A DNA stretch of 63,991 bases, counting the filler, from Streblomastix strix (Eukaryota), in NCBI GenBank assembly GCA_008636045.1. It is 3 parts of 3 records of this genome, joined end to end, with 100 filler letters (N's around TTAATTAATTAA, not from the genome) between each part and the next. Parts side by side here need not be neighbours in the genome. Positions count along the whole stretch, not along the records: positions 22,198 to 44,254 come from SNRW01000340.1; 2 more parts are not named here. The stretch is one strand, 5' to 3'. The position numbers and the translations under genes are program-made. Positions 25,801-37,933 of the stretch are shown piece by piece. The notes under the pieces were generated by a model that saw nothing but the letters and a program-made list of their open reading frames with translations, had not been told where the DNA came from and searched no databases. Position 1 is the first letter of the stretch. Each line of letters begins with the position of its first letter.

Positions 25801-28800
25801 TTTCTATAATATCATTTAAATTATCTTTTTCTTTTTATTCATCTTCATTGTTTATGTTTTTTAATAATTTCATATCCATCCATTTTTGTATGTTTTCTGC
25901 CAAAATACGTTGTGTAATTTGCAAAGTTTGTTATCTAATGAGTTTTTCACCAAATTTATATATATTCTCAACTTAATCAAAATTATTTAAATTGTTCTCT
26001 TCTTAATCTTACTCTTTAATATTATTTATTCTTTTATTTTCATCTGTATTTAAGCAATTCTGCTCTAATTTGCTATTAATAACTTATTATTCATCAGATC
26101 CATTTTCTTTATTATTATTATATTATTAAATGTCAGGATTATCGACTCTTTAGCTAATTTTATTTTTAATAATTCTAAAAGACATTGAAATTAATTCATT
26201 TTTGTGGTGATATGTATTATTTTCTTAATTAATTTCAATGCAATCTTCAGGATTCATTGAAATAATTTATGAATTTTAAAATAATTCATCTTACAAGCGT
26301 ATTCCTTTATTTTCTGATACTTCCAACTTTTCTTTTTCATTATCTTTTTCTTTCTCCTATTTTTTATAATTCAATGTTTCTTAGTTTTCTATCTCCTTAT
26401 TTTTGAATTCAATTATAATTGTTTTTGTTCCTCTGATTCGCTATCTCTTCATTTCAACAATTAAATTTTTACAAATAATGTCCTCTTTAAAATCTGGCAG
26501 ATAATCTTGTAATTTTTAAAATACTTATTCTTAAATTTAATTTTTTTATTATGATAATATTTAATTTGTATCATTTTATTTTTTTTCTGAAATAGAACTA
26601 ATTTAATTGTCATTGTTACTATCTTTATCATTCTCTAATTCTGATTCAAGCATCTCGTTTTTTATTTATTCTTCTTCTTTCTCTCCTTTAATTTCTTTTT
26701 CTAATTCATCTTTATCAACTTCCTATTCAATTGAATTTATTTTATCTGGAATCTTCGATTTATTACCAGTTCTAAATGTAACATTAAAATAAGTATGTTT
26801 TCTTCTTATTTTCTCAATATTTCTTTTTTTACGATCCCTCTTAATTTATTTTTTTAATTTCTTTTCGTTTGATATTTAGCCATTTGAGTGTTTATTATTT
26901 TTCTCACTTTAATCCTTCATATTTTCTACGTTTTTCTAATTTTCATCAATAATATTCTAATTTTGCCCATTCTCATCATTGTTTTCTTTACCATTTCTAG
27001 TTAAACCAACCTAATCATATCCTTTATCATTATTTATTTTCAATATTTTTGTTTTTGTTTATAATTAATTTTCATCATTCTAATTATCAATCAAGATTTG
27101 ATTTTCTTTCTCCTTATTAAAGATATTTCCAATCTCAATCTTCCTATCTTTCTTTTCTTCTTAACTTACACCCTTTTCTTTTAAGTTTTGAAGTTAAATA
27201 ACATTCTCTGATTTTAATAAGTTTTAATACTACACGTATAAGTTTTTATCTCTCTATACATGATTTTCTTGATCATAAATTGCTTTTAATTTTTCATTTT
27301 CTTTCTCTTCTTTACTATTAAATTCGTTTTCTTTCTAATTCTTTTTTAAATTTTCAATTGGATTACCATTCATATATTTTTCCTCGTTTAATAAACTATT
27401 TTCTTTCTACATATTTTTTCCTTATTTATCAGCAATTTAGAATGTTTCTATATTTGAATTTGAGTGCGAAATATAATTAGAATTCATGAGCTATTTCAAA
27501 TTAGTAGAAGGCTGAAGTTGGTGTTTATCCTAAATAGAATGAAAATTTGTGGTAGATTAAGATTAAGAAAGTGCCAATGAAGATGATTGAGTTTCGTTAT
27601 TATTACTGTTCTGTTTTTCAATTTATTCATTAATGCCTTATTTTTATTATTAATTTTATGATTACTTTTTCTAAATATGTTTTTGAATTATTTCATTATT
27701 TGTCAATGGTTATGATGGCGAATTTGAAGTTTATTATGATGATTATTAAGATTGTTAAGAATGTTATGATTCTCTTTAAAAATTCTATTTATTTAAATGC
27801 AGTTGCTGTTTTGATTTTTATATATTAGATTAATTTTTTTCTATTTCCTTAATTTTCCTTTTATTCTTATCATCATCTTCTGAATCAGTTTCATCATCTG
27901 AGTCTTATTCTTTCTTCTTTGTTTCATTCTTATTTTTAATAATTTCTTTTCTTTTTGCGTTATGATCATCATTATATGAGTTTCTCTTTGCTTTTTCTTC
28001 TTTCTCCTTAGTTTATTCATCATGAACTCTTTTTTTATCACTGCTAATCTAATTTTTTTCTTTTTATTTTTATAAAGACTATTTACTTCCTTTACTTTCA
28101 TTTATTTATAAATTTGATTATAATTCTTTATTTTTCAAATTTTCATTGTTGTTATGATTAGAATGATGAGAATGCGATGGTTATTCATGTTGATGCGAAT
28201 GCGAAGATATTGGTTTTTCATTTTTATATTACAACTATTTTTGTGTTTGCGATTAAGATTAAGATTAAGATTTCATTTGAGTTTAAGAATGATGATGTGA
28301 ACTTGAATGAGAAATTTATTCTTTCTTTTCTTTTGAATCTTACTTATTCTTCTGTTATTCATTAGGATGTTTTATAGAACTATATTTTTCTTTTTCTTTT
28401 TATCTGTTTAATTAGTTTTTGTATTTTTCTTTTCTTTCTTTTTCTCTTTTATCTTTATCTTAATTTTTTCTTTCTTTTTAATTTTTAATTTTTTCTTTCT
28501 CTTTTTTCTCTTATTCTTTTTTCTATTTCACTTTATCTCTCTCATTCTTATGTTTATTTCTTCTTTATTTCTCCTTTTCTTCTTCTTCTTCTTTACTTTC
28601 CTCTTCATCAGACTCCTCCTCCTCATCATCATCATCTTCATCATTTTCTTCTTCATCATCATCTTCTTCATCATCGTCATCCTCTTCCTCTTCTTCCTCT
28701 TCATCAACATTTTCATCATCTTCATCGCTTTCTTCTACATCTTCATCATTACTTTCTTCCTTTTATCGTTTTTTCAAACTTTGTTCATTTTCCAGCACTC

Positions 28801-31800
28801 TAATTCTTTCTTTCTCTCTTTCTATTTACTGCCTTTCAATCTCTGATTATTCAATTGTATGACTATTATTTTTCTATTTTGATTCAGAAATATTACCGCT
28901 TTTAAATTTAACATTTGTACCACTGAATACTTTTAAATTCTACCCCCGATAATCGTTTGAATTAAATATTGATAAACTGTTTATATTTTTAGAATTTTTT
29001 TCGTTAGGATTTTAGGAGGAATTTTATCTAAACTATTAATTCTAATTATCTTCATTCATTTTATTATGTTTATTGTTTGATGAGTGATTTTATTAGGTTT
29101 ATTAATTATGATAATGATTTGATTCAGATGCACTTACAAGTTAATTATTTTGTAATAACTATGCTTATTATATATCTAATTTTTATTTATGATGCATTTT
29201 TGTCTTATTCAGCATTGAATTTAATGATTGTTTTTAATCTAAATTAGAAATTGGAATTTCATCCATATTTGGTGATTTTGAATTCAAATTAGTCGTAGTA
29301 AGATTTAGTAAGCGGACTGTTGGTTAATGAGTTTTATTTTGAGTGTGTTATTCATTTGTTTTAAAATGAGATGCTGGTGTTTGCGTTGGATTAGATGGTG
29401 ATACAGGAGTTCGTATTAGAGAAGGTGAAGAGCTTGATGTATTAGAGATAGAAGCCTATGATTATGAGAAAGGAGAAGAAATTTATTTGAATGTAGATAA
29501 TTGATCTAAAGTTGTTGGTTATAGTGGAGTGGGCTACTTTATTTGATGAGGTGATTGTAAATAATTAGGATTTGAAGGTAAATGGTATTATGACGTTTGC
29601 TCCAATATTTAAGGTATATTTGCTTATGAATTTGGAATTTATTTGAATTTTGGGGCAAATTGTTGTAATTATTAAGGAGATTATTATTAATATTATTATG
29701 AAGAAGATTATGAAGTTTAAAATTTTTATAAGAATGGAGATGAATAAGTTGATTATTATTATGATTATAATTAAGACTAAGAAGCAGATCTGATACGTTC
29801 ATTACGTTCATTAGGTTAAAATTATGATTATGATCTTAATCTTAGTTCTTCATGGTGCTGCTAATGATAATGCTATATTTCGAAATTTTATTATTAGATT
29901 TTATCAAAATTAAATGTTTTTTGAAAGTTAGACTGACCAGCTTGAGATGAAATTTATGGAGATGTATATGTTTGAGAAGGTGAATTTGATTGAGACGATG
30001 TTGAAATATCATTTTCCCCTTGTTTTGAAAGCGTCGTTGAAGAATGATCCTTAGAAGAATGATGTTTAGATGAAGATGTATGAGATTAAGACTTTGAAGG
30101 TGAATGTGGATTAGAGGAAGAATTATGAGAAGATGAAACATTCGAAGAAGAAGATGATACTGATGATGAAGATGCTAGTAAAGTGGAGTTTTTGGATTAT
30201 TACTTAGAATTATGTGTTTATTCAGTATGAGATTATGATGAATGTTGTTAAATTTTAATTTTAGCTTTTGAATTATGCTATTTTTTATTCTTATCTTTTG
30301 AATGTGAAGTTATAATCTTGTTTTTTTGTTACTGTTTTAATAATTTTTATTTATCATGATGTTTCATTTCCTTTTCCTCATCAGAATCTTCCTCTGAATC
30401 AGATGAAGATTATTAAGATGATGAATCAGTTGATTGAGAAGAAGAAGAAGATGAAGATGATGTTGATGAAGTAGAAGACGAAGAAGATTGAGAATCATCA
30501 TCATTTTCTTCTTCATCATTATCATCATTATCCTTCTTATTTTTTTCCTTTTCTTATTCATCTTTAAGTTTTTCAATATTTGAGCTTTCAGATAATAAAT
30601 TAACTTTTATATTTTAAATTTAATTTCGATTTTGTGTTATTATTAAAGCATTTTTTCTCTACAATATTAATTCATACTCTTTATCCTTCTTTTTCCAACC
30701 ATCTTCTCTAGCTTGTTCTCTTCTAACTCTTTTTATTATTCTTTTTCTATCCTTTGAGAATCTTTTGTAATAATGCATCATCATTTTTTAATATCTTTTA
30801 TTGTCTCTTTAAGCTCTTCTTTATTCTCTGGCTATATCTTTCTTTGATTGTTTATCTTTTCTTTATTATTATCTATCTGTTCTTTTCTTAAGTTTTCTTG
30901 CTATTTTTTCTTCCCACTTTACTTGTAATTATTTTCTTATTTCATTAATATTTTCATCTTCTTTTTCTTTGTCTATTTCTTGATCATTCTACTTTTCTAT
31001 CTATTTCAGAATTGACTAATCGTTTTTATGTTCTTCAATATTATTCTTCTATTATTCAGGTGTTTTTAATTCACATTAACTGTCTTAATTGGATAAAAAT
31101 ATAATTTTTGGTTTGTTTTCTTCCAATTTATTTTGATTACCTATATGTTTGATTTAATTATTATACATTCGTTTTAATCTGCGTTGGTGTTCCTAATATA
31201 AAAATATTTATTTATTCATTTATTTATGTAAAAGTATCTTTTAGTTTTCCTTTTATAAATTTTTATGAGATTATTTTCCAATATCCTTTTCTTTATAAGA
31301 AATTTATCCTTTTTATAATTGTGATTATATTATTTAAATACTATCTTTTGCAGGACTTTACATACCTTATTAATTCAAAGCCTATTTTTACTATTCATAG
31401 TTATCCATCTCAATCATAAATAATAATTATTGTAACAAAGGATTTGATGTCTGTGGAGCAATAAGTGAATGAATCTCAGAATTTGGTGTTGGATTAATAG
31501 ATGAATTAGTTTCAGTGCTTAAATTAGGAGATTATAACTATTAAGATTAAGATTAAGAAAGTAATTACGAATGTGAAGATGATGTTGATAAAGGAGATGA
31601 TGAAAAAGATAATGAGTTACGTGATTGAACACTTGTTTACGAGTTTGACAAAGATTTTGATGATAAATTCAGTATTTACGGTGGTAATTGTTACTGTGAT
31701 TGTTTTTATTATTATAGCTGTGGATGTTAATTAAATACTATATGAAATGGAGCAGTTGTTTCTCAAATAATAAATTAACCTAAAGAAGAAGAAAATGGTG

Positions 31801-33187
31801 TATTTTGTAACGGAAACATTTGAGCCATATTAACATTAATGGAATTATTATTAGATTATGAAAGATATTAATGAAATGTGATTTAAGAAGGATGTGAAGA
31901 CGAAGATTAATATTTAAGATCATGCTGCGGTGATTGTTATTAACTATTTGTAGTTTTATTGGTATCAAGGGACATTGGTTGTATTAATTAAATTGGATTA
32001 GAAAATTATATTCTTTTTTAATTAGAATATTATTTAGATATTTATTCTAATTATTAATTAGAATTTTTGGCACTTATATCATGAGATTTGTGAGAGTGTT
32101 GCGATGATTGATCTTATGAAGATGATGAAGAAGATGATGATTGTGAAGGAGAAAGATTGAAAAGCTTAGATTTAGAATTATGATGGTGATTATGCGATTT
32201 CTTTTGACTGATTTCCTGTTCAATCTATTCTTTTCTAATTACAACTGAAAAATCACCTTGTCCTGCCTTTTTCCCGATGTGTTTAACTATATTTTCATAT
32301 ATTTCAACTTGTTATTGCTATCCATTTAAACCTATTAGCTTTCTTTAATTCATTTATGGCATTCTTTATTTTCTCAATTATTATAGTTTATATTCTGCCT
32401 TCTTTATTATTAAAAATTCAGGATCTGTTTATTACAAAGATTGTAAAAGTGGCAAATTTTAATTTTAATTTGTTTTTGATAAAGAATTCTATTCTTATTT
32501 AGCATTATCAATTTGCTTTATCTGATTTTTATTTTCTTTTTAAGTTTATTACGTCTAAGTTTTAATATATTATTGATTTTGTGGTTATTGTAATTAAATA
32601 GAGGATGATGAAGTTGAAGTTGTAGATTCTAATTAATCCAAGTGATATGTTTTAGAAAATGAAGTGGATGATTAGGATATGGAATCATGTGTGATTGTTT
32701 TTAATTAATCTTATTGTTAATGTTCAATAATATTAGTACTGATGAGGTTATCATTAACAATATTCTGAATATCATCAGAAATATTCTTCTTAATTAAACT
32801 CCTTCCTCTTTTCTAACTTAAATTCATTTGATTGTCGTGATTTAATTATTAATGAGTAAATTTCGATTTTAATTATTCCTTTAATCTTTTATATTTTCTA
32901 TAATCTTGGTAATTCTTAAACCCTTTCTATTGAAATATATAATCACGTTTCTTGATTCTTACTTTTTTCAATTAATTTTCTAATTCGAAGTTTTCATCTT
33001 TATCCTTTCTTATATCTTCATCTTCTTCATTTTAAATTTCTTCTTCTAACATTAATTGTAATTCTTTCTCTTTTGCCTTTTCTTCTTCAATTTCATTTTA
33101 TCGTTCCTTTTCAAATTCTTTATCTTTTTCTCTTTCTTTAACTTATTATAACTCTCTTTATGCTCCTTTCTACTAATTTAGACCCAA
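22814..33187 (-). CDS. ~3,450-codon low-complexity (Q/S/E/K/D-rich) frame continuing in frame from the CK2-beta stop; one further internal TGA at 31763
   Basis: Line-by-line scan found TGA in this frame only at 33188, 31763 and 22814; the frame yields coherent poly-E/D/S/Q tracts throughout; no intergenic-type spacer after CK2-beta. Confidence 0.75.
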
Positions 33188-33990
33188 TCATCTAATAAAT
33201 TCAAATCTATTCTAATGTGTTAATCCTTTCATCCTGAAGCCAAAAACGCGAGGTGCGTAATCGTTGTATAGATATGTTTTCTAGTTTGGAATCAACTCGG
33301 GATATTGTATGAAGAATAATGCAGCAAAAGATAATCCAAACGCACGACCATCCAAACGAGCGTGTCTTAAGTAAGATGGTAAGAATATTTCATTGCATCT
33401 AACACAATACATTGCGATTCCCTTTTAATCTTCGTCTTTACTTAATTGCATTGGAATGAGATGTTACTTTTAACAAATCAGACGAGGGCATTTGCCATAG
33501 ACACCTTATGAGTATTTAGATTTCTGAATAATCAAAGAAAATTAATTATAATTATTAAAAATATCAGTAATAATTATAATATTAATTATAATATATATCA
33601 GTTTAGGTGAAAATATTAGAATTCAAACCACATCATAAAGTCCAGGAGGTGAAGCTACGTATTGTTAGTGAAGTTGTATATAAAACTCTTATATTTCATT
33701 ATTTTATTCATCTGAAAATCCACTGGCACCTGCATTCATTAACAAAATAAGAGTGTAAAATTAATTTTAGATAAAATGATTGATAAAAAACTTGAAGAAT
33801 CTCTGCGTCCAAGAATGACTTCAGCACAAAACTTGTCTCCTTCATCGTCACTATCATCATTATTCCTGTGCAAAGCGTGCCTACATTCCTCTTCTATCCA
33901 ACTTGGCCGACAGCAACAATAAAATTCACTTCCAGGCTGGGTAAAAAACTTTTGTAACCATTTTGATGGCCACTGACTGGAATTTGCCAT
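33188..33990 (-). CDS. CK2B: Casein kinase II regulatory subunit beta (211 aa to the first TGA), 2 introns
   Basis: WLQKFF...EFYC...YIQLHQQYV...YGKCPRLIC...MYCVRC (zinc finger)...RLDGRAFG...YAPRVFGF; exons 33792-33990, 33629-33729, 33188-33523. Confidence 0.9.
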
Positions 33991-34476
33991 ATTACGATGA
34001 CTAATGTGTAAACAATAGTAAAATATAGTTAAACATGTACAATTAGTCAATAGTTATAATACACAAAATAAAAATAAATTAAATGCAACGAGTTACGCGA
34101 GATTTATTTTATAGTGATTTCTATCAATGCTAGGCATGGAAATATTCTTGTTTGTAAATGTAAATATCGAATAATTATTTAATTATCATATAAATGCATA
34201 TAATAAAGTATAAATTCTAACAGGGAGCCGAGGTATGCGGCAAGCAAGTAGAATTAACTCCCTAAGCAAATTGCAGCTCCAATAACGAGCTTTAATGCTA
34301 ATAAGAATAAATATTCCATTATTATGAGTATTTTTTTAACTTTACATCAAAATTAAGTAATATAAAAATGTATCTGTGCGTAAAAAGTTAGAATAAACCA
34401 TGACAATATAAATGGAATAGTAATATCTGTAATGAATTAATTTAAATATTTGCATATTTATTGATTAATTTTACAC

Positions 34477-35137
34477 TCATTTACTGTTGCTATCTGTCTT
34501 CAAAATCTTTTTGGTTGTAATAAAATTTTCACGCATGAATTCCGGCTGTTATGCAATATATATTAAGAAATAATAAATATGATTATAATGTTAACAATAA
34601 ATAATAAACTTTTCGATATTCTTCGGATTTCTTTGATAAGGCTTATACGAAGTTTTCTTTAGCTTTTTCTGATAATTTATATAAATGCTAAAAAAATAAG
34701 GAATTGAAATGTATCATACGAGTTCCTAATTCAATAGGATGACTTCTGAGTCGGAATTATTGTTTGTGTAATTCATTAAAAAACTTAACAACTTATTAAG
34801 CAAATAAAAAACACAAAAATATAATACGAATTAATTAATTTATACGTAATCTACAAACCGCCTTTTCGAGCTAATTTTTTAAGTGAAAGCTCTTTAATAT
34901 CATCCTCTCCGCCAGGATTGAGATTATGAGCTTTGTTTAAATTGATTTTTTTGGCAGTTTTTCTTTCTTTCTTTTTAAAATCTTCTTCCCTAGCTTTTTT
35001 CACGATCTTCCTCGCTTTTGTATCAAGAGCAAGTACCGGTTACTGGTTTAGTTTAAACATTACAAATATTAAAAGTATAATCATACTGTATTAGCATTCA
35101 GTTGGGTCTTCAAGATTTATGATGCAGCTGCTTGCAT
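34477..35137 (-). CDS. RRP15: Ribosome biogenesis protein Rrp15-like, multi-intron
   Basis: QPVLALD...ELSLKKLARKG|VVKFFNELHKQQ...KENFVQAL...FMRENF matches the Rrp15 L.KIA.RGVV.LFN motif; TGA 34477; start may lie further upstream. Confidence 0.7.
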
Positions 35138-35199
35138 ATCTTATCTAGTGAAATAATAAACAAATATTTATCATAAATGAATGTTAAAAATCTCTTACT

Positions 35200-35600
35200 A
35201 ATTATAAAAAATTTAAAATAAATATTCAATAATTTGTATTCACCGCGTTATTTGTATTCTACTGCAGAAAATTTTTCAGGAGAAATTGTTGAATGTAATG
35301 AAGTTAAAAAAGGATAAAAGATATGAATAAATTAGAAAAAAATATATTTTATAATGAAAAATTTAACGTAAATGAATTGATAATTAGTGCGTGATGTTTA
35401 GCAGATGATTTTTCCAAAAACTGCGTTTTCCCTCCAAACATTCACTGAATATATTGATATGTTAATGAACGCATAAGAATGAATATAAGACAAATTTATA
35501 AATATTAAAAATGTATAAAAACCAGAATATAAACAAAATAATTCTCGAGCTCAGTTATTTCAATTATCGATTTCTTCGTATTTAATTCATTAAAATATTT
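35200..35600 (+). repeat. Dispersed repeat family B, copy 1 (upstream of RRP15)
   Basis: Collinear with ~42020-42415, e.g. GCAGATGATTTTT...CTCCAAACATT.ACT.AATATATTGATATG; boundaries approximate. Confidence 0.8.
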
Positions 35601-35962
35601 TGATTTTTTGTAATTAATTTGCATGAAGTTATCAAATTCATTTCAAATATAAATTAATTTTCCGAGTGTGTTATTTGTGATGCAAATGATTGAAAGGTTT
35701 TCCCTTAAAACACTTGATTTTTTACTACACATAACTTATGATTCATTTGATCAAATAAAATTCTACATATTTTGCTATTATTAATAATATTTTTATGAAT
35801 TCATACAAATTAAACTCATATTAAGCTTAGAAATATTCATTTTCGTATAACAAGCAACATCTATCATATATAATTGTTTATATTTATTCTTAATATAATT
35901 ATTATTATATAAATTTTAATTTACTATTTTTTTAAATAGTGTTTAGCTATATATAACCATAA

Positions 35963-37411
35963 ATGGAGTAAATTTTGCCTATTTCTGAGCGAATATAAAA
36001 TATTTTTATATCAAAGTTGGTATCTGAAGAAGAAATAATCTAGATAAGATATTAAATTAGATAAATTGATAAAATAAGTATCACTGCAAATATTTACATT
36101 CCATTATTCAACTTAATCATTGAAAGTCTTGGTGAATTAATAACAGAATTCCAATGTAATATTCTTAAATTAACTTTAATTTTTGCTGAAGAAGGTGTAA
36201 AAAAGCCAGTTTTGAAAGTTTTCAATGCATTTTATGAACACATGAAGAATTCTGGGCTTATTATAAAGATTGAATCAATACTTTAATAGAATATTATATC
36301 AGAATAGGAACTTGGAGAAGATAAAACATACTCTGACATTGTTCTAAATCTGATTTGCACATATTTCTTTGTTATGAAAAATAGGAAACTGAACCAAAAT
36401 TATTTGGAAATCTGCTCATAAGTAATAATCAAGAATATTACGGCTCTTGTGAATATTATTAAAGCATTAAATGAAAATTAAGAAACAATAAAATATAAAA
36501 ATGAAAAGCTTGATGAGAAATTAGAATAAGAAATGAATATGATTTCTAAAGTATTGAAATCTCTTTGCTGTATTTTGGAAGACTTCTCAGGAGCAAATTA
36601 AGAATATTTCATCAAACATTGGAAGTTACCAGATATATTATCTCCTCTTCTTCATCTGAATTGCACAACTGAATTGAAATGCTGAAGATCTTTAAATTTA
36701 TTAAATACTCCTGGTTTACATGAACTAAAAGCAGAAGTACTCAGAACATTTTCTGTTATATGCAGTGAAAATGAACACATTAAGAACAATATGATAGTCA
36801 AACATTAGATTATTCCACATCTAACATATCTCATCATTACAACAATTCCAATATTTTCACTTGTTTCTCAAACGATTAATTTATTCAAAACTCTTCTTGA
36901 AAATAATCATATTAGTATTGAAGTTACAATTTAAAATAAATAATTCATCCCTTCATTAATCAAACTTATCAAATTCAATCGTAGAATCCAATTGAATGAA
37001 GATGATAATGAAATTGGTGTAGAAATCAGAATCTAAAGTATCCAATGTTTAGAAATCATTCATAAATGTTGTGGATAAATTCAGAAGTCACATTTATATG
37101 AATAAAGATATTTTGCTTCTCTAATTGAATCATCTGGAATATGTGGTGGTAGTGAAGAATCAAACATTCAAGTAATAGAATAAGGATTAGACAGTATCAA
37201 TGTAACATTCACAACTGTTAGAGGATATAACGAGTTATTATAACAATAGAAAAGATTTGAAGAATAAATAGAAGAAGAAGGAGGTGCAGAAGAATGCGAT
37301 GCATTTCAAAACATAAAGAAGAAATTGAATATAAAAATTCATGATTTGGCAGTTTTTGAAAAGAAAAAAATATTAAACATCTTCAAGCACCGTTCAAATG
37401 ATTAGAATTGA
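35963..37411 (+). CDS. Intronless helical (ARM/HEAT-like) protein of unknown function, ~482 codons, single internal TGA at 36683
   Basis: One frame from ATG 35963 to TGA 37409 without frameshift; amphipathic helical pattern; C-terminal GICGGSEE and EEQIEEEGGAEE motifs. Confidence 0.6.
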
Positions 37412-37933
37412 AGATATGAATTAAGTAATGCAAACAACAATAGATCAAAATATTACTTAATAATAACAATTAAAAACTTAAATCTTTTTATTTAACAATT
37501 CATCTTGATTGGAATTGAACATTTTATTAATTTTAACATTTCATGGTACTCATTAAAAATGAATAAAAAATAATACTTAATTAATGATTATGATAAAAAT
37601 TATGTTGTTTAATAATTAGTATTTGTGAATTCTTTCAAAATAAAAATTAATATACTTAATATTTTGAATTGAATTTCAATATTCTATTTCAAATAACATG
37701 AAAATTATAATAAATGATAATTGTCAAGAGCCAGGATCTAACTAAATAATATAAATATTAATATCATTATTATGTATGTTGAATGTTGAGTATCAATATA
37801 GGAGAAGATAAATTAAAATAATAAAGAAAATGATAAAAATTTATTATTATTTAATTTCTATATCTTTTTTATCATTTCATTATGTTATATCATTTTCATA
37901 TTCTTATGGTAATTCATGAGTAGTATTCAATTA

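Noticed and set aside
1138..36685. Internal TGAs as selenocysteine
   Set aside because: They are not in redox motifs or known selenoprotein families and mostly fall in low-complexity tails; no SECIS search was possible, so disfavoured rather than excluded
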